A stretch of DNA of 64,000 bases. Origin: an uncultured Actinomycetota bacterium. Lineage in GTDB: Bacteria; Actinomycetota; Actinomycetes; Actinomycetales; Dermatophilaceae. Below are positions 10,083 through 20,507 of the stretch, one piece after another (the stretch's first letter is position 1; every line of letters starts with the position of its first letter). The stretch lies in NCBI GenBank assembly GCA_963751385.1, contig CAVVUD010000010.1, forward strand, positions 54 through 64,053. The letters run 5' to 3'. The position numbers were made by a program, and so were the translations under genes. Below the pieces are notes generated by a model, which was not told the DNA's origin, did no database searches, and saw only the letters and a list, made by a program, of their open reading frames with translations.

Positions 10083-10739
10083 ATGACCCGCATCCTCGTC
10101 GTCGACAACTACGACAGCTTCGTCTTCACGATCGTCGGTTACCTCGAGCAGCTCGGCGCCGAGTGCGAGGTCGTGCGCAACGACGCGCTCGCCCCGGCCG
10201 ACGGGGCCGACTTCGACGGCGTGCTGGTCTCGCCCGGCCCGGGTACGCCCGAGGAGGCCGGTGTCTCGATGGCGATGATCGAGGCCTGCGGCGAGCGGGA
10301 GCAGCCGATGCTCGGTGTCTGCCTGGGGCACCAGGCCCTCGCAGTGGTACTGGGCGCCACCGTCGGCCGGGCGCCCGAGCTGCTGCACGGCAAGACCTCC
10401 CAGGTGCACCACGACGGCACCGGGGTGCTGGAGGGCGCCCCCGACCCGTTCACCGCCACGCGCTACCACTCGCTGACCATCGAGCCCGCCACGCTGCCCG
10501 ACGAGCTGCTCGCCAACGGCCGCACCGAGAGCGGCATCATCATGGCCGTGCGGCACGCGACCCTTCCGCTGCACGGCGTGCAGTTCCACCCCGAGTCGGT
10601 GCTGACCCACGGCGGCCACCGGATGCTCGCCAACTGGCTGCAGCTGTGCGGGATGCCGGATGCCGTCGCCCGCTCGGCGGGCCTGAGTCCGCTCGTGCAC
10701 GACGCCGCCGGCGTCGCCCGGATGGTCGCCGCCGGCTGA
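10083..10739 (+). CDS. trpG: Aminodeoxychorismate/anthranilate synthase component II (glutamine amidotransferase)
   Basis: VDNYDSF, SPGPG, GVCLGHQ, RYHSL, GVQFHPES. Confidence 0.93.
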   Translation: MTRILVVDNYDSFVFTIVGYLEQLGAECEVVRNDALAPADGADFDGVLVSPGPGTPEEAGVSMAMIEACGEREQPMLGVCLGHQALAVVLGATVGRAPELLHGKTSQVHHDGTGVLEGAPDPFTATRYHSLTIEPATLPDELLANGRTESGIIMAVRHATLPLHGVQFHPESVLTHGGHRMLANWLQLCGMPDAVARSAGLSPLVHDAAGVARMVAAG

Positions 10740-10836
10740 CCGGCATCCGGGCACCATCCGGGGCAACAGCGAGCAGTGGGACGTGGCCCCGGAACCCACG
10801 CACCTGAATCGACCCACAGGTCGACGTTGCCCCAGA

Positions 10837-10966
10837 CCCCCGTACCGGAGTCGACCAATTGGTCGCTCCAGGTACGCGGGCCGGTACCCCGAGTGACCTA
10901 TTGGTCGCTCCAGGTACGCGGGCCGGTACCCCGAGTGACCTATTGGTCGATGCCGGTACGCAGGGT
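10837..10966. repeat. Tandem 42-bp palindromic repeat (REP/BIME-like) between convergent trpG and pknB
   Basis: Two identical TTGGTCGCTCCAGGTACGCGGGCCGGTACCCCGAGTGACCTA units (10859-10900, 10901-10942), flanked by inverted half-units GTACCGGAGTCGACCAA and TTGGTCGATGCCGGTAC. Confidence 0.8.
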
Positions 10967-10979
10967 GAAGGGTGAGGGG

Positions 10980-12844
10980 TCAGGGCGACGGGGGCGGTGG
11001 CGGCGTCGGGGTCGAGCTCTCCGTCGGGTCGGGGTCGGGGTCGGGGTCGGCGTGGGGGTCACCGTCGTCGGGGTCACGGTGGGTGCGGGCTTCTGCGCGA
11101 CGGTGATCTTCACGGTGCCACCGATGTCGATGGTGCCGTCCTTGGGGCTCTGCGAGATGACCTGGCCCTCGGGCACGTCGTTGGTCTGCTTGAAGCTGGT
11201 CTCGACCTGGAGGTTCGCTGCCGAGACGATGCTCTCGGCCTCGTTCCGCGACTTGCCGACGACGTTGGGGACGGCGACCTTGCCGGTGCCGACGCGCACG
11301 TTGATCTTGGTCCTCGGCGCCACCGACGTGCCCGCTCCGGGGTTGGAGTCGATGATCTTGCCCTGCTCCGTGTCGGGGTCGTCGACCTCCTCGACGGTGC
11401 CCACCTCGAGCCCCTGGTCGCTCAGCTGGCTCTGGGCCTCCTGCACGGTCAGGCCCTTGAGGTCCGGCACGGTCACCGCCGTCGGACCGGCCGACACGAA
11501 CAACCGCACCGTGCTGTTCTCGCTCACCTCGGTGCCCGCGGTCGGGTTCTGGCTGATGACCTCGTCCTCGGGCACGGTGTCACTGGGCTGGCGCACGACC
11601 TCGGCGACCAGCTTCGCCTGCACGAGCTTCGCGGTGGCTGTCTGGTACGGGTCGCCGACCACTCGCGGCACGGCGACCTTGGGGACCTCCTCGGTGCCGA
11701 AGTAGGTCGACAGGCCGTAGGCGAGCGCGGCCAGTGCCGCGATGGCGACGAGCGCGAGCACGATCCAGGCGCCGGCGCTGCGCTTCTTCGGCTCCTCCTC
11801 CAGGCCGGGGAAGGTCTCGGTGCCGGGACCGTCGACGGGAAGGGGCCCACCGGCGTACGCCTGGGTCTCGTCGGCGCCGACGACGGGCACCACCTGGGTG
11901 GCACCGGCGCCGGCGCCGGCGACCGCACCCGCTGCGGCGGCGCCGGCGAGGGCTGCCGCCGACCCGTGGGCCGCGTCACTGATCGGGCGCCCGAGGCGTA
12001 CGGCCTGCAGGTCGTACCGGAACTCGCCGGCGGTCTGGTAGCGCGCGTCGCGGGGCTTGGCCAGCGAGTGCAGCACGACGGCATCGAGGTCTTCGGAGAT
12101 GCCCTCGACGACTCGCGACGGCGGTACGGGAGGCTCACCGACGTGCTGGTAGGCGATCGAGACCGGGCTCTCGCCGAGGAACGGCGGGCGACCCGTGAGC
12201 AGCTCGAAGAGCAGGCACCCGGTGGAGTACAGGTCGGAGCGCTCGTCGACCGACTGGCCCTGGGCCTGCTCCGGGGAGAGGTACTGGGCGGTGCCGATGA
12301 CGGCCGAGGTCTGGGTCATCGTTGCGTTGGCGTCGGCCAGGGCGCGCGCGATCCCGAAGTCCATCACCTTGATCGAGCCGTCGGCGGCGACCATGACGTT
12401 CGCGGGCTTGATGTCGCGGTGCACGATGCCGTTGCGGTGGCTGTAGCCCAGGGCGTCGAGCACGCCCTCGGTGATCCGCAGGGCCTCGGTCGGCGGCAGG
12501 GTGCCCCGCTCGGTGAGGACCTGGCGCAGGGTCTTGCCGTCGACGAACTCCATGACGATGTAGGGCACCTTGACCTGAGCGCCCCCCGTCTCGGTGAGCA
12601 GGTCCTCGCCGTGGTCGTAGACCGCGACGATCGAGGCGTGGTTGAGCCCTGCCGCGGACTGCGCCTCGCGCCGGAACCGGGTGAGGAAGGTCTGGTCGCG
12701 GGCGAGCTCGCTGCGAAGCATCTTGATCGCGACCTGCCGGCCCAGTCGGGAGTCGTGGCCGCGGTGGACCTCCGCCATGCCACCGCGTCCGAGGAGCTCA
12801 CCGACCTCGTAGCGTCCCCCGAGCAGCTTCGGGACCTCAGGCAT
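10980..12844 (-). CDS. pknB: PASTA-domain Ser/Thr protein kinase PknB; probable frameshift in the C-terminal PT repeat (~11030)
   Basis: LGRGGMAEV, HRDIKPAN, DFGIAR, GTAQYLSPEQ, TM segment, three PASTA repeats; likely true stop TGA at 10980-10982. Confidence 0.95.
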
Positions 12845-12856
12845 GCTGTGCTCTCC

Positions 12857-14312
12857 TCATTGCTTCAACCGTGCTTCCATCATCTGCTTGGCGATCGGTG
12901 CGGCGACGGTGCCGCCCCCCGCCTCGCTGCCCGCGACACCGCCGTCCTCGGCGATGACCGCGACCGCGATCTGTGGGTCGTTGGCAGGTGCGAACGAGAT
13001 GAACCAGGCGTGCGCCTTGCGGCCCTCGCCGTGCTGGGCGGTGCCGGTCTTGCCGGCGACGCTGACGCCCTCGATCTGGGCGCGGCGTCCGGTGCCGTCC
13101 TCGACGACGGACTCCATCATCCGGGTGAGCTGCGCGGCCACCTCGGGCGTCACGGCCTGCGAGAGCTCCTGCGGGTCGGCCGACTCGATGACCGACAGGT
13201 CGGAGCCGATGACCGACTGCACGAGGTAGGGCTTCATCACGACACCGCGGTTGGCGACCCCGGCGGCGACCATGGCCATCTGCAGCGGTGTCACACGCAC
13301 GTCGTACTGGCCGATCGACGACTGCGCGAGCTGCGGCGTGTTCATCTCGGCGGGCACGCGTGCTGGGGGTCACCCGCATCGGCACCGACAGCGCGTCGCC
13401 GAAGCCGAACTTGGCGGCCTGGGACTGCAGGGCCTCGGCGCCGATCTCCATCCCGAGGTAGGCGAAGGCGGTGTTGCACGACACGGCCAGTGCCTCGGTC
13501 ATCGTGACCTCTTCGCTGGAGGAGCAGGCGCGGTCGTCGTGGTTGGGCAGGTCGGCGGTGGTCTCGGGCAGGTCGAGCACGGCTGGGCCGGGCAGCTCGG
13601 AGTCCTCGGTGTACTCGCCGGTCGACAGCGCCGCCGCCGCGGTGACCACCTTGAACACCGAGCCCGGCGGGTAGAGGTCGCCGTTGATCGTGCGGTTGAC
13701 CAGCGGCTTGGCGGGGTCCTTGTTCAGGGCCGTGTAGTTCTTGTCGAGCGCCAACAGGTCGTGCGTGGCCAGGTCGTTGGGGTCGTACGTCGGGTGGCTG
13801 ACCATCGCCAGGATGGCGCCGCTCCTCGGGTCGAGCGCCACCGCGGCACCCGTGATGCCCTCGAGCCCGTCGGCCGCCGCGGCCTGCACCTCGGGGTCGA
13901 GCGTGGTCTCGATGTTCGCCCCCTGTGCCCGCCGGCCGGTGAACAGGTCGGACACCCGCCGGTAGAAGAGCTTGTCGCTCGACCCGGACAGGAACGCGTT
14001 CTCGGCCTGCTCGAGGCCACCGAGCGCCCCGAAGAACGAGTAGGACCCGGTGACGTGCGAGTAGAGCTCTGCCTCGTCGTAGACCCGCTGGAACTTGAAC
14101 TCGTCGTCGACCGGCACCGACTTCGCTACCGGTGTCTGGCCGACGAGGATCTCGCCGCGCTCCCGGGCGAACGTCGACAGCAGGGTGCGGCGGTTGTCGG
14201 GGCGCGCGTTGAGGTCGGCGGCGAAGACGTACTGGATGAGCGTGGTCGAGACCAGGAGCGAGGCGAACAGGGCGGCCACCACGAGGGAGAGCCGGCGCAC
14301 GGGGGCGTTCAT
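12857..14312 (-). CDS. pbpA: Class B penicillin-binding protein PbpA; frameshift near 13365
   Basis: PPGSVFK (SxxK), SCN (SxN), KTGTAQ (KTG), split across two ORFs. Confidence 0.9.
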
Positions 14313-15691
14313 CGCACCTTCACCACCTCGGTGCGGGCCTGCGCGACGGCGCTGGGGCCGCTCGGCTCGGGCAGCGGGCGCCGGGCATGGTCGGAGATGC
14401 GCAGCAGGATGGCGACCAGGGTCCAGTTCGCGAGCAGCGAGGAGCCGCCGGAGGACAGGAACGGCATCGTCAGGCCGGTCAGGGGGATCACCCGGGTGAC
14501 GCCGCCGACGACCACGAAGCACTGCAGCGCCACGGAGAAGGACAGGCCGGCGGCGAGCAGCTTGCCGAAGCCGTCACGGGTGCCCAGCGAGGTGCGCAGG
14601 CCGCGCTGCACGAGCAGCGCGTAGAGCATCAGGATGGCGAACAGGCCGATCATCCCGATCTCCTCGCCGAAGCTCGGGATGATGAAGTCGGACTCCGCGA
14701 AGTAGGTGAGGTCGGGCCGGCCGCGGCCCAGGCCGGTGCCGAACATGCCACCGGCCGCCATGCCCATCAGGCCCTTGGCGAGCTGGTCGGACGCCTGCAG
14801 GGCCTCGGGGCTGAAGGTGTCGAGCCAGAGCAGCACCCGGGTCTGCACGTGGCCGAAGACCAGGTAGGCGATGTAGGCGCCCAGGCAGAACAGGGTCAGG
14901 CCGATGGCGATCCAGGAGACCCGCTCGGTGGCGACGTAGAGCATCGCGACGAACAGGCCGAAGAAGAGCAGCGACGAGCCGAGGTCGCGCTCGAAGATGA
15001 GCACCGCGAGGCTCGCCAGCCACGCGACGAGGATCGGGCCGAGGTCGCGGGCCCGGGGCAGGGTCAGGCCGAGCACCTTGCGACCGGCGACCGACAGGGC
15101 GTCGCGGGTCTGCACCAGGTAGCCGGCGAAGAAGATGGCCAGCGCGATCTTGGCGACCTCACCGGGCTGGAACGAGAACGGGCCGATCTGGATCCAGATC
15201 CGCGACCCGTAGATCGAGGTGCCGATGACCGGCAGCAGCGGTAGCAGGAGCAGGCCGAAACCGATCGCTCCCGCGAGGTAGGTGTAGCGGCGCAGCACCC
15301 GGTGGTCGCGCAGCACGACGAGCACGACGGCGGCGATCACCATGGCGACGGCGGTCCACATCAGCTGGCGCAGGGCCACGCCGTCGGCGATCGACTTGCC
15401 GTTCGCGATGTCGATGCGGTGGATCATCACCAGGCCCAGCCCGTTGAGCAGGGTGATGATCGGCAGCATCAGCGGGTCGGCGTACGAGGCGCGCCAGCGC
15501 AGCACGAGGTGGAACCCGATGGCCAGGGCGAGGTAGCCACCGACCAGGGTCAGGGTGCCGGGCGGGATCGCGCCGGTCGTGGCGAGCTCGACGTTGAGGT
15601 AGGCCAGCAGCACGATCGCCACGGCGCCGATGACGAGCGCCAGCTCGACGTTGCGGCCCCGGCGGGGGGTGTACGACGAGACGACGCTCAT
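14309..15691 (-). CDS. rodA: SEDS family protein RodA/FtsW
   Basis: SFQPGEVAK, ERDLGSSLLFF, IPLTGLTMPFLSSGGSS. Confidence 0.93.
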   Translation of the reverse strand: MSVVSSYTPRRGRNVELALVIGAVAIVLLAYLNVELATTGAIPPGTLTLVGGYLALAIGFHLVLRWRASYADPLMLPIITLLNGLGLVMIHRIDIANGKSIADGVALRQLMWTAVAMVIAAVVLVVLRDHRVLRRYTYLAGAIGFGLLLLPLLPVIGTSIYGSRIWIQIGPFSFQPGEVAKIALAIFFAGYLVQTRDALSVAGRKVLGLTLPRARDLGPILVAWLASLAVLIFERDLGSSLLFFGLFVAMLYVATERVSWIAIGLTLFCLGAYIAYLVFGHVQTRVLLWLDTFSPEALQASDQLAKGLMGMAAGGMFGTGLGRGRPDLTYFAESDFIIPSFGEEIGMIGLFAILMLYALLVQRGLRTSLGTRDGFGKLLAAGLSFSVALQCFVVVGGVTRVIPLTGLTMPFLSSGGSSLLANWTLVAILLRISDHARRPLPEPSGPSAVAQARTEVVKVR

Positions 15692-17058
15692 GAGGTCACC
15701 GGCGAGCTCGTCGGCGAAGGGCTGGGGACGACGCTCGTCGACACGCTCGGCGTGGGCGTGGGCGTGGGCGTGGGCGTGGTCCAGGTCGACGGCACGGTGC
15801 GGCACACCTCGCCGTTGAGCTGCGCCCACCGGCAGGCCTCGGCCTGCAGGCGCAGGTCCTCGACCCGGGCGTCCGCGGCCGCCCGGTCGTCGACCTCGAT
15901 GCCCTGGCGCAGGCTGTCCTGGTAGGAGGCCGGCAGGTCCTCGACCGCGATGGTCGTGGAGTACTCGGGGCTGGACAGCGAGATCGGGCCGAGGGTCTGG
16001 TCGACCCCGCGGAAGACGGTGACCACGCCGTCCTGCTCGGAGAGGTAGTACTGCTGCTGGGACCACGCGTACAGCGCGTACGAGCCGCCCGCCACCACCA
16101 CGGCGAGCACGACGAGCAGCGCGGCCAGCCGCAGCACGGTGCCACCGCGCGACCGGGGGCCCTCCTCGGCGAGGGTCACGCCGTCGTCGTCGGCGTCACC
16201 GGCCCCGCGGGTGGCCTGCTGGGTGAGCGCGGCGGCCTTGGCGGCCGGCGTCGTCGGGATCGGGCGGGTCCCGGTCTGGCGAGCCGCGGCGGCCCCGACC
16301 ACCTGGGGCTGGGTCGGTGGGGCCGGCTGGTGGGAGATGTCGACGAGGTCACCGACCACGACGGTCACGTTGTCGGGCGCGCCGGCGCGCAGCGCCAGGG
16401 CGACGAGCCGGTCGGCCGTCGCGCCGGGGTCGGCCGTGGTGGTGAGCACCTCGTGGATGGTGTCGCGCGCGACGTAGTCGGTGAGGCCGTCGGAGGCGAT
16501 GACGTAGCGGTCGCCGATCCGACCCTGGCGCACGACGAGGTCGGGCTCGTCGTCGGGCGCGCCGGTGAGCACCCGGGTGACCAGCGACCGCTGTGGGTGG
16601 GTCTGCGCCTCGTCGGAGGTGATCCGCCCCTCGTCGACGAGGTTCTGGACGAAGGAGTGGTCCTTGGTGATCTGGGTGACCGCGCCGTCGCGCACCATGA
16701 ACGCCCGGGAGTCGCCGATGTGGGCGAGCACGATCTTGTCGCCGGCGCGCAGCAGCGCGATCAGCGTGGTGCCCATGCCGTCCAGCCGCGGGTCGGCGTG
16801 CACCTGGTCGCCGATCTCGGTGTTGGCGGCGTGGATGCGGTCGAGCAGGGCGTGGCTGACGTCGCGGCCGCCCAGCGCCTCGTCGTCGAGGCGCACCAAC
16901 GTGCCGATGACCGTCGAGCTGGCGACGTCACCGCCGGCGTGGCCGCCCATACCGTCGGCCATGGCCAGCAGGTGCGGGCCGGCGTACCCGGAGTCCTCGT
17001 TGTTGGAGCGGACCATGCCCACGTCGGAGCGGGCGGCGTAGTGGAACGCGAACGGCAT
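15688..17058 (-). CDS. pstP: PP2C Ser/Thr phosphatase PstP
   Basis: RSNNEDS, ADGMGGHAGG, HIGDSR, SDGLTD, GAPDNVT, TM segment, PT-rich tail. Confidence 0.93.
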   Translation of the reverse strand: MPFAFHYAARSDVGMVRSNNEDSGYAGPHLLAMADGMGGHAGGDVASSTVIGTLVRLDDEALGGRDVSHALLDRIHAANTEIGDQVHADPRLDGMGTTLIALLRAGDKIVLAHIGDSRAFMVRDGAVTQITKDHSFVQNLVDEGRITSDEAQTHPQRSLVTRVLTGAPDDEPDLVVRQGRIGDRYVIASDGLTDYVARDTIHEVLTTTADPGATADRLVALALRAGAPDNVTVVVGDLVDISHQPAPPTQPQVVGAAAARQTGTRPIPTTPAAKAAALTQQATRGAGDADDDGVTLAEEGPRSRGGTVLRLAALLVVLAVVVAGGSYALYAWSQQQYYLSEQDGVVTVFRGVDQTLGPISLSSPEYSTTIAVEDLPASYQDSLRQGIEVDDRAAADARVEDLRLQAEACRWAQLNGEVCRTVPSTWTTPTPTPTPTPSVSTSVVPSPSPTSSPVTS

Positions 17059-17061
17059 CCG

Positions 17062-17574
17062 TTACCTCTGCAGCTCGACGACGGTCTGGCCGATCCGCAG
17101 CACGCTGCCGACCGCGACCTCGCGGGGCTCGGTGAGGCGCGTCGCCCCGAGGTAGGTGCCGTTGGTGGAGCGCAGGTCCTCGACCTTCCAGCTGCCGTCG
17201 TCGTCCTGGAAGATGCGGGCGTGCCGCCCGGACGCGTAGTCGTCGTCGAGCACGAGTGCGCACTCCGGGCTGCGCCCGATCAGGGTTCCGGCCGGCCGCA
17301 GCGGCAGGGTGGTGCCCGAGAGCGGCCCGGCCGTGACGGTGAGCCGGGTCGGACCCTTGCGGCCCCGGTGGCCCTTCTTCTTCTCCGGGCGCGCGGCACC
17401 GTGCGGGGCGGGCGAGACGCCTCGCGCGGCCGCCTTGCCCGTGCTCGCGCTGCGGCGCTTGACCCGGGTGCCGTAGAGGTCGCCGCGCAGCACACCGACC
17501 ACCGCGAAGACGAAGAACCACATCAGCACCAGCAACCCGAGCCGCATGACGGTCAGGGTGAGCTCGCTCAGCAC
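17062..17574 (-). CDS. fhaB: FHA domain protein FhaB/FipA
   Basis: LSELTLTVMRLG N-terminal TM; IGRS..DDYASGRHAR..DLRSTNGTY. Confidence 0.9.
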   Translation of the reverse strand: MLSELTLTVMRLGLLVLMWFFVFAVVGVLRGDLYGTRVKRRSASTGKAAARGVSPAPHGAARPEKKKGHRGRKGPTRLTVTAGPLSGTTLPLRPAGTLIGRSPECALVLDDDYASGRHARIFQDDDGSWKVEDLRSTNGTYLGATRLTEPREVAVGSVLRIGQTVVELQR

Positions 17575-17581
17575 GCCGGGG

Positions 17582-18505
17582 TCACCTCCGGCCCCCGCGG
17601 AAGGTGATCGAGGTGCGCCCGACGGTGACCCGGTCGCCGTCCTCGAGGTGCTCGCTGGTGATCCGATCGCCGTTGACGTAGGTGCCGTTGGTGGAGCCGA
17701 GGTCACGAATCGTCGTGACGAAGTGCGGTCCGTCGGTCGTCACCCGCAGCTCGCTGTGCCGCCGGGAGATCCCCGGGTCGTCGAGGATGATGTCGGCGCT
17801 GTCGTCGCGGCCGAGGATCGTGATGGCTCCCATGAGCGGGTAGCGCTCGCCGTCGACGTCGAGCCAGGGCCGGTCGGCCGGGTTGACCCGCTTGGGCCGC
17901 ACCGGCGCGGGCGGTGCCGGATGCCGTGCCGTCGCGTCGGGCTCGTCCCGCACCGGTGGCCGGCCGGCCCGGTCTGGCGCGTCGGACGCAGCGGCCGCGC
18001 CGCCGACCGCGGCCCCCGCGGCGCCGGACCGGACGACACCGGGATCGGGGGGTGCGAGACCACCGTCGTCGCCGGCATCCGCCTGCTGGTGCGGTGGGAG
18101 GGCGCGCTCGGCGCCGGTGTGGCCGGTCGCGCGCGGGCGCGACGCCTTGGAGGGGCGGATGCGGAAGACGCCGGTCTCGAGGTCGTCGTGCTCCTCGAAG
18201 ATGATGTCGATGGGACCGGCGGGCTGGTAGCGCTGGCCGTCGCAGTGCTCCTCGGCCGCGGCGACGAGGTCCATCTCGACGCTGTGCAGGTCGGGGTGGA
18301 GCCGGTCGTAGTCGCCGGGCGAGAGCTCGATGGTGAAGACGTTGGGCACGATCGCGCGGCCCGAACCGGTCACCGCGCGGTCGTCCATGGCCCGCCGGAT
18401 GTGGCTGGCGATCTCGACGGGGTGCACGGCGGAGCGCAGGTGCTTGGCGAACGTGCCCTGGACGGCGCGCTCGAGCCCCGCCTCGAGGCGGTCGAACAGA
18501 CCCAT
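17582..18505 (-). CDS. fhaA: FhaA (DUF3662 + FHA)
   Basis: MGLFDRLEAGLER..VHPVEIA; C-terminal LGRD..ISRRH..DLGSTNGTYVNG. Confidence 0.92.
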   Translation of the reverse strand: MGLFDRLEAGLERAVQGTFAKHLRSAVHPVEIASHIRRAMDDRAVTGSGRAIVPNVFTIELSPGDYDRLHPDLHSVEMDLVAAAEEHCDGQRYQPAGPIDIIFEEHDDLETGVFRIRPSKASRPRATGHTGAERALPPHQQADAGDDGGLAPPDPGVVRSGAAGAAVGGAAAASDAPDRAGRPPVRDEPDATARHPAPPAPVRPKRVNPADRPWLDVDGERYPLMGAITILGRDDSADIILDDPGISRRHSELRVTTDGPHFVTTIRDLGSTNGTYVNGDRITSEHLEDGDRVTVGRTSITFRGGRR

Positions 18506-18606
18506 CGGTGCACCTCCTCCACGCGGACTCGGGTCGGCAGCGGTCTCGCAAGACTATCCGTCGGCGCTGGGTGTGCCCTGAACGGCGCGGCCCGTACCGT
18601 GGACGG

Positions 18607-19593
18607 ATGAACGACGGTGTCCAGCTCATCGTGCCCCGGGAGGTGCCGCTCGGGGGGCCGCGGTCCATGACGGTGCGGCGCACCCTGCCGGCCCGGGAGC
18701 GCTCGTTCGTCGGGGCCTGGTGCTTCGTCGACCACTACGGGCCCGACGACGTGTCGGCGACGGGCGGCATGGACGTGGCACCGCACCCGCACTGCGGGCT
18801 GGCCACCGTCTCGTGGCTGTTCAGCGGCGAGGTCGAGCACCGGGACTCGCTGGGGACGGTCGCGATGGTGCGGCCGGGCGAGGTCAACCTGATGACGGCC
18901 GGGAGGGGGATCTCGCACTCGGAGGTGTCGACGCCCGCGACGACCGTGCTGCACGGGGCACAGCTGTGGCTGGTGCTGCCGTCGGCGGTCGCGGACGCCC
19001 AGCCGCGGTTCGAGCACCACGTGCCCGAGGTCGTCGAGGTGGCCGAGGGGGTCCGGGGGCAGGTGTTCGTGGGGGCCCTGTGGGGGTCGAGGTCGCCGGT
19101 GCGGGTCGAGACACCGCTCGTGGGCGCCGAGGTGGTGCTCGCCGCCGGGGCGTGCGTGGTGCTGCCGGTGCCGGACGGCTTCGAGGTCGCGGTGCTCGTC
19201 GACACCGGCTCGGTGGCGGTCGGTGACCTGCCGGTCGCCCGGGGTGAGCTGGCCGTGGTGGGCGCGGGACGGCATCCGGACGGGGTTGCGGTGACGGCGG
19301 GCGCGGAGGGGGCCCGGGTGCTCGTGCTCGGCGGGGAGCCGTTCGCCGAGGAGGTCGTCATGTGGTGGAACTTCATCGGCCGCTCGCACGACGACGTCGT
19401 GGCCGCCCGGGAGGCGTGGGAGGCCGGGCCGGAGCGCTTCGGGACGGTCCCCGGCTACGTGGGGCCGGTCGCCCGGATCCCGGCACCCGCACTGCCGGGC
19501 GTTCGGCTGCGCCCACGAGGGAACCGGGGCGCCCGGGCGGAACCCGGGGGAAGCGGCTTCGCGGGCGGCGCGGAGGCCCCGGCGCTGTCCTGA
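18607..19593 (+). CDS. Pirin family protein
   Basis: GAWCFVDHYGP, PHPHCGL, MTAGRGISHSE, QLW, VMWWNFI. Confidence 0.9.
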   Translation: MNDGVQLIVPREVPLGGPRSMTVRRTLPARERSFVGAWCFVDHYGPDDVSATGGMDVAPHPHCGLATVSWLFSGEVEHRDSLGTVAMVRPGEVNLMTAGRGISHSEVSTPATTVLHGAQLWLVLPSAVADAQPRFEHHVPEVVEVAEGVRGQVFVGALWGSRSPVRVETPLVGAEVVLAAGACVVLPVPDGFEVAVLVDTGSVAVGDLPVARGELAVVGAGRHPDGVAVTAGAEGARVLVLGGEPFAEEVVMWWNFIGRSHDDVVAAREAWEAGPERFGTVPGYVGPVARIPAPALPGVRLRPRGNRGARAEPGGSGFAGGAEAPALS

Positions 19594-19696
19594 GAATCGA
19601 GGGCTGCGGGCCTGCCGAACAGTGGGGCCTTCCGAGGGTCATTTTGTCGGATGCCGGGTGCATCGGGCACACTGGGACGGCTCACGTGAGCGTCAC

Positions 19697-19779
19697 GCGC
19701 AAGTGGCGGAACGGCAGACGCGCTGGCTTCAGGTGCCAGTGTCCGAAAGGGCGTGGGGGTTCAAATCCCCCCTTGCGCA
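19697..19779 (+). tRNA. tRNA-Leu(CAG)
   Basis: Acceptor stem GCGCAAG/CTTGCGC, anticodon arm CTGGC-TTCAGGT-GCCAG, long variable arm, GGTTCAAATCC T-loop; CCA not encoded. Confidence 0.95.
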
Positions 19780-19788
19780 CAGAAGTGA

Positions 19789-19820
19789 GGAACGGCCCCC
19801 GGTGTCCCGGGGGCCGTTCC
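19789..19820 (+). terminator. Terminator hairpin after the tRNA
   Basis: GGAACGGCCCCCGG-TGTC-CCGGGGGCCGTTCC. Confidence 0.75.
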
Positions 19821-19829
19821 GCGATTTCC

Positions 19830-19922
19830 CGCGAAGTCAGGAGCAGTTCGCCGGGTCAGGGCCGTACTCGATCCTGACTCGACGAACGATCCCTGAGCCC
19901 GCGGAGTGCTCCTGACTTCCGA
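19830..19922. repeat. Intergenic palindromic repeat element, copy 2
   Basis: GAAGTCAGGAGCA...TGCTCCTGACTTC termini and internal GATCCTGACTCGACGA, shared with 5360-5433. Confidence 0.75.
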
Positions 19923-19990
19923 GCGCCGCAGTGGTCCGGTACGACCGGGCACCACGACGCGCGCGGGGGCCGGTGGGCACGGTCACCACG

Positions 19991-20453
19991 CTACGCCCGG
20001 CGGCCGGCGATCCCGTCACGGTGCCGGTCGGTGAGCTCGCGCATCGCCTCGAGCAGGTCGCGCATCGCCGACAGCTCGGCCACGGTGTGGTGCGCGAACA
20101 GCCCCTGGCCCTCCTCGACGAGCGGCGCGTACATCGCGTAGGTCGAGCGCATGCCCTCCTCGGTCATCCGCACGAGCACCCGGCGCCGGTCGGCCTCGTC
20201 GCGGAACCGCTCGACGAGCCCCTTGGCCTCGAGCCGGTCGACCAGGGCGGTCGTCGCCGCGGGTCGCAGCCCGGTCGCGGTCGCGATGTCCCCGGCGGTC
20301 TTCGGGCCGTCGACGAGCCAGTCGAGGCAGCGCAGGTCGGCGGGGCCGAGGGAGAGTGCCCGCCCGACGGCGTCGTCGTAGGCCTGCACGCTGCGCTGGT
20401 AGCGCTGCATGGCCGTGCCGAGCTCGGCGACGAGTTGACGACGTCGTCACCAT
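19991..20453 (-). CDS. MarR family regulator (the 5' end probably needs a frameshift; in-frame ATG at 20410)
   Basis: DLRCLDWL, TAGDIA, TTALVDRLEAKGLVER..DRRRVLV. Confidence 0.88.
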
Positions 20454-20464
20454 CGCGCCTACCC

Positions 20465-20493
20465 TTCGATAATCGAAATATACGAACCTCGTA
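20465..20493. promoter_or_regulatory. Two tandem 13-bp palindromes, probable MarR operators
   Basis: TTCGA-TAA-TCGAA (20465-20477) and TACGA-ACC-TCGTA (20481-20493) in the AT-rich divergent promoter. Confidence 0.6.
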
Positions 20494-20507
20494 CAGAAGG
20501 ACCGGAC

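Noticed and set aside
10859-10942. Possible CRISPR array
   Set aside because: The units are identical tandem copies with no unique spacers, and there are no cas genes.
12857-14312. Programmed frameshifting or mass pseudogenisation (pbpA, pknB, AKR, GH1, AAA ATPase and others)
   Set aside because: Scattered single-base indels, often in G/C runs and in conserved genes, fit long-read consensus error better; I saw no consistent slippery motif.
15745-15785. GGCGTG hexamer repeats (similar repeats at 11025-11075)
   Set aside because: They encode ordinary Pro-Thr linkers of PstP and PknB.
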